A stretch of DNA of 63,940 nucleotides, counting the filler, from Folioceros fuciformis (Eukaryota): assembly GCA_049999805.1 (NCBI GenBank). It is 11 parts of 11 records of this genome, joined end to end, with 100 filler letters (N's around TTAATTAATTAA, not from the genome) between each part and the next. Parts side by side here need not be neighbours in the genome. Positions count along the whole stretch, not along the records: positions 42,864 to 49,118 come from JBNGIO010003308.1; positions 49,219 to 51,353 come from JBNGIO010003309.1; positions 51,454 to 55,746 come from JBNGIO010003310.1; positions 55,847 to 59,340 come from JBNGIO010003312.1; positions 59,441 to 62,682 come from JBNGIO010003313.1; 6 more parts are not named here. One strand, given 5' to 3'. Position 1 is the first letter of the stretch. The number at the start of each line of letters is the position of its first letter. The notes beneath the pieces are model-generated. The model worked only from the letters and a program-made list of their open reading frames with translations, did not search any database and was not told the DNA's origin. A program made the translations under genes and the position numbers. Shown piece by piece: positions 48,617-62,418 of the stretch.

Positions 48617-49118
48617 GGTAGATAGGCCTCTTAGAAAATAGGTGGTATTTGTTTTTTTGGAGTTTTGATAGGATTCCTTGGAGAGGTAATTAGGAAACTA
48701 TGTTAGATAAGGCTAGATTAAATAGGATGATCAAGAGATAGTGGTGGTGCAGTTTAGAAATTCAACAATCGTCTAGCTAACCCGTGGCCGTGGAAAATGT
48801 GAAGTGGGGGTAGGGTGTGCCCGTGGAGAGGGGCACCGGCGTGTGTGGAACCCTAAGTCGGGCGTGTGAGGGTGAGTTGGGGCCTTGGGAGCGTGCGGAA
48901 GGTGGTTGGGCATAGGTAGGGTGCCTAGGCCTGCCCTGGCCTCCGGCTAGGTGGCCGGGCTGAGGATCCTGTTCGGTAGGCGGGCCGGCCTGCTGCTGGG
49001 ATGGATCGAGGCAGGCCGGAGCGGAGCGGATCGGGCAAGGCAAGCAGCCCGGCAGGTGTCTAGTTGTGTCTGGCCGGAACGCCAGACAGCCCAGCTAGCA
49101 GCAAGCACAGGCCGGCTG
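48617..49118. mobile_element. Second copy of the GGTAGATAGGCCTC terminus, in inverted orientation
   Basis: Starts GGTAGATAGGCCTCTTAGAAAA and matches the reverse complement of 45404 leftwards for about 350 bp. It truncates the gypsy element at its gag side. Confidence 0.6.
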
Positions 49119-49218
49119 NNNNNNNNNNNNNNNNNNNNNNNNNNNNNNNNNNNNNNNNNNNNTTAATTAATTAANNNNNNNNNNNNNNNNNNNNNNNNNN
49201 NNNNNNNNNNNNNNNNNN

Positions 49219-51267
49219 TTCCTCAACCTACCATCGTGGCGGGTTTTCCTTTGCTCTTGTATCCTGTGAGTCTCCTCCAAGGCTTCTTCTCGGTCCTCCT
49301 CGTAGGTGATGAAAGCTTCCAACCTAGCTTCTTGGCTCTCCCTCACCGGTAGCCTAGCCTCCTCCATGACACGGTGAGTGGGAATCTCAAACTCAATGGG
49401 AAGAACAGGCGACATACCATAGGTCAAGTAGTATGGAGTCCTTTTCGTGGTGATCTTCTTTGCTGTCCTGTAAGCCCAAAGTGCTGAATGCAACTTGGTA
49501 TCCCAATCGTACATGTGAGTCACAGTCACCTTGGTCAAGATGGTCCCCAAAAGACCATTGGTCTTCTCCGTTAACCCATTCGCCTTCGGATTGTAAGGAG
49601 TGGTCTTCCTATGACGAATGTTGAAGTAGGTGGTCAAGGCGGTGATGACTTCATTGAGGAAATGTGTGCCTCTGTCGCTGACCAACTCCAACGGACACCC
49701 ATAGCGTGTGATGATGTTCTCAAACAGAAATTTGGCCACTGTTGGTGCATCGTCCCGTCGGGTAGCCTCTGCCTCCACCATCTTGGTACAGTAGTCCGTC
49801 GCCACTAAGATGTATTGCTTCCTTGTTGAGCGAGTAGGTGGACGAATCGGCCCTACAAAGTCGATCCCCCACTTCTCGAACGGAGCCAACGGCAAAATGT
49901 AGGTCAACGGCCACCTGGTTGTCAATGTGGGTCTCCCTACCCTTTCACAAGCATCACACCTTCTTACAAACTCCCACACATCCCTTTGCATGGTAGCCCA
50001 CCAAAACCCAGTATCCAAGATCTTCTTGATGGTAATGGGGACTGAATAGTGGCCTCCTGCCTCTTCCGCATGCAAAGCTTCGGTCACCACAACACCTTCA
50101 TTCACTTCCAAACAACGCCTCACCTTACCATCTGGGCCTAGTTTGTACAAGACCCCTTGCTTCAAACAATATGGGCCTGTCTTGTGCAAGAACACTGCCC
50201 TACCCTCGCGGCTCAATCCAGTTGGCATGATTCCAAACTCCAAAAATCTCCTCACCTCAACTGGTAGCAACTGCCTAGCACAAGGTCTTCCCAACCTGTC
50301 GCTACGGCGGTTCCTCTTCCTTCGAGCCTGGCTGACCTTCTGGCTACTCTCAACCCTTGTAGAGGTTCCTCCTCCCTCACCGGTAACCTGTTCATCGAAC
50401 TCTCCCTCTTCTACTATATGTACAGCAGCAATCAACTCCTCATCAGGAAACCTGTCATCCGTTTCTCTAACCTTCCCTTTGGTTTTGAGTCTAGAAACAA
50501 AGTCAGCGTTAACATGGCTCTTCCCTGCTCTTGTTTCCACCTCAAAATCAAACTCCTGCAGCAAGAGAATCCACCTAGCGATCCTCCTCGATAGGTCAGG
50601 CTTGTTCACAAGATACTTCAGAGCAAAGTGGTCCACATGAAATACTACCTTGCAAGCTAGAAGGTAGTGACGAAACTTCTTACAAGCGTAGATGATGCCC
50701 AAAGCCTCTCTCTCCGTTGTGGAGTAGTTCCTCTCCGCATCCGTGAGTTGCCTTCCAGCATAGAAGATAGGGTGATCCCTCTTCTTATCATCTTGTTGGC
50801 TGAGGATGGCCCCTATAGCATAGGCTGACACATCCACATACACATGAAAGGTCTTCTCCCAATTTGGTGGGCTCAATGTGGGTGCTGCCACCAAACTCCT
50901 CTTCAAGTCCTGAAACGCTTCCTCCCTCTCCGGGGTCCACTCATACAGCACATCCTTCTTCGTTAGCTGGGTCAAAGCTGCCGCCTTCTTAGCGAAGTCC
51001 TTGATGAATCTCCTGTAGTAACCCACCAACCCAATGAAGGCTCTAACCTGTCTCACGCTCTGGGGTGCATCCATCTCCGAGATGATCTTCACCTTTTCCA
51101 TGTCGACTTGCAACCCCCTGGCTGAAACTCTATGGGCTAGCAAGATACCCTCTGTCATGCAAAAGAAACACTTCCCCGGATGCAACTTGAGGTTAGTCTC
51201 CCTACACCTCTGCAAGCACTTCCTCAGCTGTTCCAAGTGTAGGTACCTCCTTCCAAAGACACAAAAG
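49219..51267 (-). mobile_element. Ty3/gypsy pol (RT C-terminus, RNase H, integrase), open frame
   Basis: About 680 open codons with GYYRRFI, NYSTTERE, WGIDFVGP, SDRGTHF and PKANGLTE. Confidence 0.93.
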
Positions 51268-51353
51268 TGTGGAGGCAAAACCCCGGGCACTGATTGCCGA
51301 CGGATTCCACCTTTAGTGGCCACACTTATCCCACTGTCGTTGAGACATTGGGT
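51268..51353. mobile_element. LTR terminus inserted at the gypsy RT active-site codons
   Basis: TGTGGAGGCAAAACC... is the reverse complement of 56610-56695 (ending ...GCCTCCACA). The junction lies immediately before FCVFG, which normally follows the xxDD motif. Confidence 0.75.
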
Positions 51354-54300
51354 NNNNNNNNNNNNNNNNNNNNNNNNNNNNNNNNNNNNNNNNNNNNTTA
51401 ATTAATTAANNNNNNNNNNNNNNNNNNNNNNNNNNNNNNNNNNNNNNNNNNNNAGTACATGCGACACGAGAAAACGCGGGATTTGTGCTGTGCTGTATGC
51501 CCCCCGATCTGCCACTCCTGTCCGCACTTGGCATACCATTCCCGATACAGACCTGGAATACGTATAAATAAATGCCCTACGTATCAAGTGAATTATTTGT
51601 GTTCACCTGTCACTCTCGGTAATAGTGACCGGACAGGCGCTGGTGTCGTGACGCCATGCTTCCTTCCATGCTCACCAATGATGGCTCCACGGGGGGTGCC
51701 ACATGCATGAGTGAATATGATGACCCACTACGCACAACATGACATTCAGTCGTGAGTCGTGACGCTTGCGCTTGGGACATGTCATGAGCTATCTATCGCA
51801 CCTCGCAATCACGGTGGGTGAGGGGGAAATGAGGCAAGCATGGGACGCGTCGTGAAGCGGACGGGGGACCCCTCCCCTGCCTGTCGCATCACCTGATGGG
51901 GCAGAGAGCAAATCCCGGGCCGGCCGGGGACCGGGGACCGGTCACCGGGCCGGGCCGCGCAGAGGCGGGGGAAAACGAATCGCGATGCGCAATCGTGACG
52001 GGTGTTTTCTTTGCAAACAAATCATTGTGACCCAGGCAGGCAGGCAGCAAGTAGGGGAAGGTGGGATCCGGCGAAATGTTGTAGCATGGCTTCACGTGTC
52101 GCTGGCCCACAAGCCTTGAAGCCTGGAGGAATCAATCGAGATCCACCTGCACCAGCGGCGGAGTTGGGATTTGGGAAATCGAATTGGGGCAACGTTAACG
52201 TCGCCCCAAGTGGGGTTTAACGGTGCCCCAAGTGGCCTCCCCCCCTCCCTCTTCCTCTCCCTCTCCCTCTCCCTCTTCTCTCGCTTTACTATGTGCATAC
52301 TTAACGTACGTATGTAGTCTATATTACACATGTCCAAGTGTGACCTAGTCCATGCATGCAAAGTACATACACTAAAACATCTTGGACGTTACGATGGCAT
52401 CCGATCGTGTGGGGCGTCATGCTGACACGCCATCATCATCGCGCGCTCGGGAGACGGGCTGCTTACAGCACCGCTCCACCGGGGCCGCCTCCTCTTCCAC
52501 GCTCCGCCCCTTGCCTCAACGCACGCTACATGATGGACTGACGTCAAATATGAGGCAGATTCCGTTCATGAGAGGCGGCAGGCCTTTCCCTTTTCTCGCC
52601 CCTTGCTTTGCTTTTGTATGCATGTACATCCATACATATATTGCTCGCCAACGGAAAGGAATCCCTGCTCGCTGTCTTCGGCCTTGGAGGAAGATCACAA
52701 GCGCCAGAGAGCCACACATGGCCGGGCATCTTGCCGGCCATCGTCCCAGGCGAGTCCACCGCCACCCAGGGGTTTCGCATTCAATGCCTGCACAATGCCA
52801 CGAGCTGTATACAGCCTAGGTCTCGTTGCCCCGTACTCGCCTCCTCAAATATCTCCTCCAGTATATATATCTCGCCCGCACCCTGGCGCGCAAACCCCCC
52901 CCCCCTTCCCTTCCACCATCCAACACGCAACATGTACGACCCTACGGTAGTCACATGTAACCCTAAAAAGTTGCAACGGGGTGTTTGTGCACTAGCACTA
53001 GCACTAGCCAAGTTGCAGGCACGCATGCAGTCCATATCTAGTCAGTGCTATACCAACACCCAGACATCGACTGGCAAACGACAGTGGCAGAAAAGTGGCG
53101 GTAGGTTGTTGCGTGTAGCCAGACTAGTTGCATAGCACCGTCCACGGTCTACGGACGTATGGGCCCAAGTTTCCAAGACGCTCCAGCCAGCCAGACATAT
53201 TATGTACAGTATGTCAAGGCGCCTGCACTAGTTGGTGTGTTATTCGCCCAGGCAGCAAGCGAGATCTCCAATATTTGCTTAAAAAACCTCGCCCGATCTC
53301 CGCTCTGCGTGCATTTCGGGGTCCAGGTTGACATTCACACAGCCAGGGCCAGCTCGCAGCCGCAGGCGACCGACCAACTTGCAACATACATGTATATAAT
53401 AACGCTACCATGCCGCAACAAAGGCCGGAGTGCGGCCGGGCCCCACCTTAATAAACAAAGCCGAGAGGAGATGGATTCCCAGCTAGTTGATGTGCCTTCT
53501 TCAAACCTGCTAGAATTGTCAAAGACAAAGCCATGGGAAGGAAGTCAAGCAGTGTCAACAAACAAATGTAGAAAAAACAAAGCGCACACCAATACACCCG
53601 CACTCCATACCCTGCATTGCCACAAGTGGCCAACATCACACAAGTTGCTGATCCGATTTCATTCTGATAGCAGCACGTACAGCATGATCAACAATTTGCT
53701 CTACATAATTGACGCCACCACAGGTCCAAATTCGGCTCCACAACGATTCTGCACACAGCTGCTTCCTCTCAACGCTAAACTGCCGTGTCCAGCTCGGAAT
53801 CACAAGTTGCACACACAACCGGGGCGTCATTTGGAGCCCGAGGAGCGAGCGTGCACGCACAGGCATCGGCCACCTGTGTGCGTCAACTTGTCTTAGTGCG
53901 CATGCACTGCATCAGCCAGAAGCTTCTACAGCTCTTCTGTTTCACCACGCAACTGATTCCAGGATCAACCGCCAAGTCCTACGTTGTCTACATGCACACC
54001 GACAAGGCAGAGGCCAACACCCGGGGCTTGGCTTTAGCTGTCAACTCAAAATACGAATGAAAGAATAAAATAAGACTCAACGTGGAAGAGCTCGGCATCA
54101 GGATCGGCCTCCGATCCGGAGGCACAGTCCTACAGTCCTGCAACGGCTTCAAGCAACCGAGGTGAGTGCCAAAGGTCAGTCCGTGGTGGCATAGCACGGC
54201 GCACAGTGATGCTCCCTCCTCCTTGTCCTCTTACCTGTAGCGGCAAACATATAAAATCATCGCCATCGCCATGCAACTTACTTTGCCTACTTGCTTCTAT

Positions 54301-55846
54301 CATACAGCGTGTGGATTGGGCCATCAAAGCCTTTGAGCTTAGTAATTTTTATTATAAAAAGAAAGATGGAATTCTTTGAACCTACCTTGTTTTTCTCATT
54401 GTAATGTAAAGGACCCACTCAACAGCTCAACCTCATAATTATGACAGTTATGAGATATTTTCAAAGAATAATATACAAAATATTTATTTCATAACATATT
54501 AATTTTTTTAAAATTAAAAAATACGAAAAAACCCATCTTCTCTTAGAGAGAGATAAACCATGGGAAACTAGGGGCTAAGCTAGGGGCTAAGCCACTGAAG
54601 CCTAATGACTATCAATAGCACATGTAAACCATCATGGTCTGGATGAAGCCATCATGGTCTTAAAAAAAAAAAAAAAAAGTCTACCAATAGCACCTAAGAC
54701 ATCATGGTCTAGGATGGGAGAAAAAGGGTCTACCTACCACTAGAGTTAGGATGCCACCTACCACTAGAATTTGCCATACCGTCTCTCTCCTACCAACTAG
54801 AATGGAAAGTTTATTTGAACACTAATAATAAATTATTGTTATTCAAATATATGTTTCCGTATAAACGAGAGTGTCATATATATTCTAATGAAAAAAAGAT
54901 ACTATGAGGTCTGCACGATTAAGATCTTGTGTTGAGATGGATACTTAGGTAGGATGTTTGTACTTAAGATGGATACTTAGATGGGGTGTCTCTACTTAAG
55001 ATAGTACTTCAAATGGCGTTGCTACAAAGAAGGATGCCCTTTGTAGCATGTAGTGCCCAAATGGGAAGGATGCTTTTTGAACCAAGTTATGCCTTAAGAG
55101 AAGGACGGGCTTTACAGTAAGTAGTGCCTAATGAGAAGGATGCTCTAAAGAAAGATACCCTCTAGAGCTAGTAGCTAGGTATATCATGGTACAAGTTGGT
55201 AAGTACCTAATCTCACCAGTCCTTTAAGAAGTGGACTCTTGCAAAATTCTTCTTAGTTTCTCTCTCTTACACTCACCATTGGGCTCCTTTACATTTAGGC
55301 TTTGTGGTCCCATCATAGTTTGTTTGATCTCTTTCTAGGGTAGATGGGTTTCCATTTTGGTTTTTTTTAAGTAAAAAAAAAACCTTGTTCTATTATATTG
55401 GTAATTCAAAGATAGATCCATTGCTTTGCAAAGAGCATTGGCCAAAGCAGTTCTAAAAACTTAAGTCAAAGGACAAGCAGCTTCTTTTGCATTGGTGGAG
55501 ATAAACCTTTTGTTATTTCACATCATAACATTTTGGTAGGTACATCTTTTGTTATCTCACCATGACATTTTGGTAGATATTTCTTTTATTATTCCACATC
55601 ATAACATTTTGGGAGCAATAAGTAGTTTTTGAATAGCTTTTGGCGTGCTTGGGTTATTTTTCCAATCTTTACAATAGATCTTTAGACTTTCCTTCCTCAA
55701 CAAAAACTCACTCTTATATGTATTATTACAAATCAACCTTTAACATNNNNNNNNNNNNNNNNNNNNNNNNNNNNNNNNNNNNNNNNNNNNTTAATTAATT
55801 AANNNNNNNNNNNNNNNNNNNNNNNNNNNNNNNNNNNNNNNNNNNN

Positions 55847-56695
55847 GTCTATCTCTTTGTGAGCTCTTGGAGGTCCTCTCTTCATGAGCTCTTGTGGTCT
55901 ATCCCTGCTTGGTTTAGGACCTGCAGTGTGTTGCCGGCTGTGCAACGTCTGGTAGGATCGCAAGCCGTGTGTTGCCGGCTGTACAGTGTCTGGTAGGATC
56001 GCAGGTAGCGTGTTGCTGGCTGTACAATGTCTGGAAGGATCGCGGGCAGCATGTTGCCGGTTGTATAGTGTCTGGTAGGATCACAAGGTGTAATGACCAG
56101 GGTGTAGGGGCTTGCCCCTAGCTCTTGATTGTAAAGGATGTGTCTTTCTCTCGACCTGTCCACTCCTGTTCCTTGCTCGGAGAAGTGTTGTAGGCCGGCC
56201 ATGTTTCATGGCGTCTGGTAAGGTTGTAAGGGGGGAGATATCCAAGAGGGGAGTGTGTTCCCTTCTTCCTTTCGTTTGGGGTTAGTCTAGTGACTCTTGC
56301 TAGGTAGGAGGAGTCAGTAGGGAAGTGTAGAAGGTAGTGGTGTCATTGTTTGTTGCTGGTGTTGGTGCTGGAGTGAGAGAGTAAGTGAAGTGTGTGAGGG
56401 AAGTCGCAGATCTGAGAGGTTAGAGTCGTTGTAGTGACTGGAGTGAGTTTGTGGGCACCGAGAGAGGTGCAGCTGACCGCTGGACAGCAAGGCTTGTTCT
56501 ACGCATGATCGTAGCTGGAGGGGAGCCCTCGAATCCATCATCGAGTCGATCAAGTCCGACCCTCCATCCACAGCAGCAAGGAACCCCATCGCTCCTTCGT
56601 GGGAACGAAACCCAATGTCTCAACGACAGTGGGATAAGTGTGGCCACTAGAGGTGGAACCCGTTGGCAATCAGTGCCCGCGGTTTTGCCTCCACA
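55847..56695. mobile_element. LTR-like segment containing a 41-bp tandem repeat (55928-56090, 4 copies)
   Basis: Shares its terminus with 51268-51353. Repeat unit gtgttgccggctgt.ca..gtctggtaggatcgc. Confidence 0.6.
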
Positions 56696-59600
56696 CAAAC
56701 CCTCTTTGTCGTTATAGCACTGGGATTCGATCCCAAGGGAATGATTTGTGTCAAATAACACAGGTTTCTTCTAAAAGTCAGTTACTACCGAGGTTGGACT
56801 TCAACTACCCCAGCTCCAGTACGTACAGGTTCAACTACCCCTACCTCTATCCCTGGACTACCTGATAGACCTACTTGGCTACTGGGGTGAGGGTCTCTAC
56901 AACTACCAACCCTTCAACTACCGAGGTAGGGGCTCAACTACTGGTAGCCGCTTCGACTACCTCCGTCGTCTTTCGACTACCGGTAGTCGCTTCGGCTACC
57001 TCTGTGGTGGGTCCCACTTTCTCTCTCCTTCTCTTTCTCTCTCTAATTCGCTCCTGCTCTCTCCTCTACCTCGGGGTTACCCTCTAATACTTACTTTACC
57101 AGTCCTTGCCTTTCAAACCGCCAGCAACTTACCTCCAGTCGCGCTCACCTACATACCCACAGATCTTTGCCCTTACTCGTCAACCCTCCAGTGCCTGGAC
57201 CGAAACGCACCAGCGTGCGTCATACACACATCGGTCCTCAGAGAGTTGCGAGGGCCTTCTGGTAGTACAGTTCCCAATCTATTCACGTAACTCCCAAGCC
57301 CGAACTCAAGTCATTTTGCTCTTGATTGCCTTTCAGCTACACACGCGCCAGGGTCTTGTTGGCGTTCGATCTTTCCAACTCGGCTACTCCTCTTTCATGG
57401 TTCCTCTTTCTCTCACACTTCCGGCACACGCCCTTGGTTGGCAGCGCCTCCCCGCAACGCCTCCCAACATTTCCTTTTTTTTTTTATTATAGTCTCCAAT
57501 CTCTTTCACCCTCACAAGGATCTCAGCAGCTTCCACCATGCAGCCATCTCGTGTTTCTGCCACCACTCTTTACCTCTCACATACACACTCAAGTTGCGTA
57601 GTCCTGTCCTGACAACCGTTCAACTTCTCGCACTCACACTAACTACCTCTCTTGATCCCGCTTCATCGCTTGTTCACATTTTCTCGACTCCATACTTAGT
57701 CCTTCCTCTTCAGGCCTTCTCCTATGGAATTAAGGAATGCTGAAACACCGGGCTAAGGGAAGGGATACCCACTTCCACTCCGAACTTGCGGATTCGGCCC
57801 CGACATCCTCACCACTCCACGTGATCGCCCTTGGGATAGCTAGGGAGCTCGTCTCCCACTCGACGAGGTTCCACCTCCCGATTCGTCCCTTGGCTCGATT
57901 GCGGAGCGTGCACCCACACCCCCAGGTTGCTACATGCGCACTTGCCTGGACCTCCTGTCCGGCAACGGCCATTGCTAGACTCCTGCAAGGTTGGGTGGTT
58001 GGGCTTTTTTTTGCTAATTTCCCAGGCCTCAAATTGGCCTCTTATACACGGTGGTGGCGGTGTTTCCGCTATAAAGTTTGTCAACGGTCAGTCGGCGCTC
58101 TTAAATTCCAAGCGGCTTCGGTCCAAGTAAAAGCATTCCAAAAAAAATGCTATCCTAGCCTACAATTACTATCGCCACTCTCCACGCCGCTGGCGCCTTC
58201 CCCCCGGTCTGCGCGCGTCTCCTCTCACTGGTCCCCCTCAAGCTCTCCTACCCCTCCGCTTATCGGGTAGATCTTCCCACAAGATCTTTACGTCACTACT
58301 ACTGCTGGACCTTTCCGACGGCGGCACAGGTGGGCCCCGCCGCTGAGAACCAATGTTTCCCCTCCTCCTCTGGTTAATGAGGATGGCAACAAGCTCCCGT
58401 TCTACCCATCGTTGGGCCTCTTCTTCCGTCAACTCCTCCATAATTGCCTCCGCGTAGCAATGGGGCAGGCCTGTCATCCACCAGCTGTAGCGGTAGAGTC
58501 CCTTGCGGGTCCTCAGATGCAGGCCGTAGCCCCGTGTCCCTCCTTCTTTCATAAAGGAGGTGCTTACCCGTTCCTCCCTTGGGCTACCGTGGGCTATCTG
58601 TTCCCCATCTTTCTGGGGTACCTGAAGGTCCTTCACCTGTCCAGCTATTGCTTCCTCCGGCTCTGTCCTTCTGGTGCGGACCAATCTCCTGGAGCGCCTA
58701 AGCTCAGTCGCCTTCGCTGTTTCTTCCTTGGTTCCCAGGGCTACTCTAGGCTCAGCCGGACTACTTGAAGCCCTGGCAACTACTCGGCTACCGGTAGTCC
58801 ACTCGATTACCGGTTCCCCTGCTAGACTACCGGTAGCCTGTTTAGCTACCGGGGTCGCCGTTTGACTTGGGCGCCGAACCTTACCCTTCCCCCTCACTCT
58901 CTCTCTGGCTTCGTCTCGCTCCCACTTGTACCTATCACCCAGCTTCTAGGCCTGTTCCACGGCTGCTATTTCCAGCTCTTGCGCCTTGGCCATCTCCTGC
59001 TGTATCTCTAGGTTAGTCTCATGGGCCTCCCTCACCTGAGATAGTAGGATCCCTTGTAGCTCCCTTAGCGCTTGGACCTCGGGCTTCGCCTGGCGTACCT
59101 CTTCCTCCGCCTGTGCCCTCTCTTTATCCAAGACTCGCTGTCTCTCCTCCAGCTGTTGCCACGCCGCCTCCGATTCTGCCAGTAGCCTCCGGGCTTCAGC
59201 CTCCTTCTAGCATGCCTCTGCTTCCTTTCCTCGGGCCTCGGCTTCCCGTTCCGCCTGCACACTCAGGCAGGTCAATGCCCTAGTAGCCTGGTCCAGGAGA
59301 TCTGCTTGGGCCTGTACCATCGCGGCAGTCAGCCCTGGAANNNNNNNNNNNNNNNNNNNNNNNNNNNNNNNNNNNNNNNNNNNNTTAATTAATTAANNNN
59401 NNNNNNNNNNNNNNNNNNNNNNNNNNNNNNNNNNNNNNNNACCCATTGCTTCTTATTTCGGATATGCAGCCTACAGCAACCCATTGCAGTGCAAGTTTGG
59501 AGAAGTGACTTCATGAGCTTCCCGGACACATGAGAGGCATCACTCTAGTGGCCATGGAAATTGAACCAGAAGACCACATCTTGCACTCATCAGCATTTGG

Positions 59601-62227
59601 CATCCTAGGTCACAACTCCACCACATCACCCAAACACCAAGTAATGGCCGTATGTTGTGGTTACATTCAACAATTAATGGCTGCGCAGCTCAGCCAGCAA
59701 CATTCATTCCTATAAGCTTGAGGCAAAAAGTGCTGCTTGCCCTTCTTTTGGCTGGCCATTCCCACAAAATGGGGCCCCCAGTGGAATCACAAAGACTGGT
59801 GTAGCCCCGTCAAATGGCTGCTCGTCCCGCAAGCTTGAGTTTGCTCCTACGTGATCTTCCCACAATCTTCAGCTTCCTACTCCTTGATCTTCCCAAAAGG
59901 TTCAATCTCGTACTTTGTGACCTTTTTCGCTTGGTCCTCTCGTGGAGTTACAAAAACCATTGCAGCCCCTTCTTTTGGTTGGTTAACATTGTTGCAGAAC
60001 AGATTCAGGATTGCATTGCTTGTCCTATAGTATTGCTAGGAAATACGTGTCATGTAGTTGCGTCCATGTGACAACCATGGCTAGTAAAACCCCAGCCAGC
60101 TACAAAATCATGGCTACTGAATACAAGGCTACAAGATACGAAGTAGGGAATACATGGTGCTTCGACGGCATGGAATACATCATACGATATATGTGGTCTG
60201 AAATACACCGTGCACGATTGGACACTTGTGTCCACATGGCATGGAGTATGGCATGTTAATAACCCCTACCGGACATCATTTGGAAGGTGTGACCATGTTC
60301 TAAACATTGTGTATTTTCATTTTCCGATAAATGTGTACATATATGCCCAACTATCCTTATTTAATAACAGAAACAACTATATTTAAGGCCCCGAAATGCC
60401 GTACAGCTTTCTAGGTACCTAGCAAGTGTGGCCTTGGCCAGAAACACTCCTTTACGCTATATTCAACCAGGAAAATTATTTTATAATTTCAACAGCTCAT
60501 GCCTTCATATAGTGTGTTGTATAAAAATTTATATAGCCAAGCATAGTACCATAAGAAACAAAATGCAAAGATGGTATCTCCAAGCAACAAGAAGCACCTC
60601 GAACCTTACACCACGAAGGCAAATGCAAGGCAAGGCATTTTGTTGCAAATATGTATCACAATTGCAACATACTTGTAACAAAAGACACTAATGTTATTGC
60701 ATGCATAAAGCACCTTCGTAACATGCTTGTAACACAACAATCCCAAACCAATTCCCAACGCAAAGAATGTAACAACGCTCTCCCCCATAACATGGGAATG
60801 TAACATAAAATGTAATATGAGGCTGGAAGAACTAATAGTGATGTAAGGGACATAACCTTTTTTTATATGAGTGTGGAAACCACAAAGACTACACCTTAGC
60901 CATAGGTCAAGATAATTGAGTAGCTGAGTAAAACATTTAGACGAATCTTCAGTGTCTCTGATAATCATTCTTGCAAGCAAAGCTAAGAGGCTATCCACTC
61001 AAACCCCAAATTTTGGCGATTTCGATACATAAAAAAACTCTAGGTTTACCTGAGGGAGAACCACTACTTTTCCTACATCTTCCAAAATCTTCTTGATTAA
61101 GGGCACTAGTTGAATTGGTAAAGCTAGGACTCTCACCTAGAGGAAGTGTTGCTTAATACGAGACTGCTTGAGGGTGTTCTCAAAAGTACACTTCCACCAA
61201 CATCGGGGTTGATTCACTAAGGTGCTCTTGAGAGTCTGAGTTGTAGTTGCTTATTGACCGCTTGGATCTTTTGCACATTGATTTTATAGTGAACTGCATA
61301 CATCTTCACAATGATCCTCATATTTTCATAATCTTAGAACAATCTATTTCACCTAATATTAGAAATCTGGAAGCAAGACAACATGTTGCACTGAATATTT
61401 GAATATCTAATTTATAATAGTTGTTAATATGGCTATGAATGTAGATGAACATGATAAATGAAAATGAATCTTTACATGAAGTAGACTGCAAATTCAAATT
61501 TGTCGTACATGTTATGATTTAAGAGTTTGTAAAAACAAATTTGTGTGAGAAAATAGTTTTTTTTCCCCATTGTACATTGGTATGCAAATATATATAAGTA
61601 AAAAAAAAAAAAAAAAAAAAAAGATCTTCGACATTCAACTTGAAGAGAATAACATAGTAGATAGATTAAGTAAGTTTTGGTTAATGTATGTATAATCATA
61701 GGAATGGTGCTTAGAAATGAAATATCATTTATGTTTGTGCTCCATATTTTGGTTATGCTCCGCAATAGATGGGAGAGTCAAGTTTGAATCATTAGTTTGA
61801 TAACTACTTCTAACATGCAACTTAGCATGGAGGGGCTTCAACATTGAAGAAATATGTTGTTTTAAATGCTTGGATGATCGTTGGAATGTCTCTGAAGGTT
61901 TAATTGATCTGGGGACATAAAATATAAATGAAGAAAAAGGGATTACACTCTTTAATATCACATATCCAAAAACATGGATAAGAAAATTATAAGTGGTATT
62001 TATATATATATACCTTTTATGATTTTCTTGTATTGGAGAAGAGAGCGGGAAATTCTCAAGAAATTTTGACGAGCCCTACTTTATATAAGAGATAATTATC
62101 TATTAGAACATATGTTAACCAAATAAATAAATATTTATGAGCACAAATGATATATAGATATAATTTAATGATACATGATAGGATATTTTTCATATTGAAC
62201 TACTTAACTTAACTTAGCTTAACTTAC

Positions 62228-62418
62228 ATGCGTAAGCCAAGTGTGCTGTAAAAGCTGTTCCGGAGTCATTCTTTGAGTCATATCCCAACAGAGACAACAT
62301 TTCAAAAAGTTAATGAACAAGGTATCTTTACAACCAATTGCCACACCAAGATCCTTAGTCCCTGGCCAATGCTTCTTGCCCCATGAATTAGAAACTATTC
62401 TTGGATTATCGTTGCAAT
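62228..62418 (-). CDS. Exon of a DYRK-family (DYRK2-like) protein kinase, C-terminal kinase subdomains X-XI
   Basis: DCNDNPRIVSNSWGKKHWPGTKDLGVAIGCKDTLFINFLKCCLCWDMTQRMTPEQLLQHTWLTH matches the class-2 DYRK pattern PR..NS.GK.R.PG.K.L..A..C.D..F..FL..CL.WD...R.TP...L.H.W. Flanked by a tttacag acceptor and a gtaagt donor. Upstream exons are not in this contig. Confidence 0.75.

Noticed and set aside
57750-59340. Minus-strand charged/coiled-coil ORFs (58238-58897, 58946-59131)
   Set aside because: Interrupted by stops, no recognisable domain, and adjacent to LTR-like DNA; probably retroelement accessory sequence. No call can be supported.
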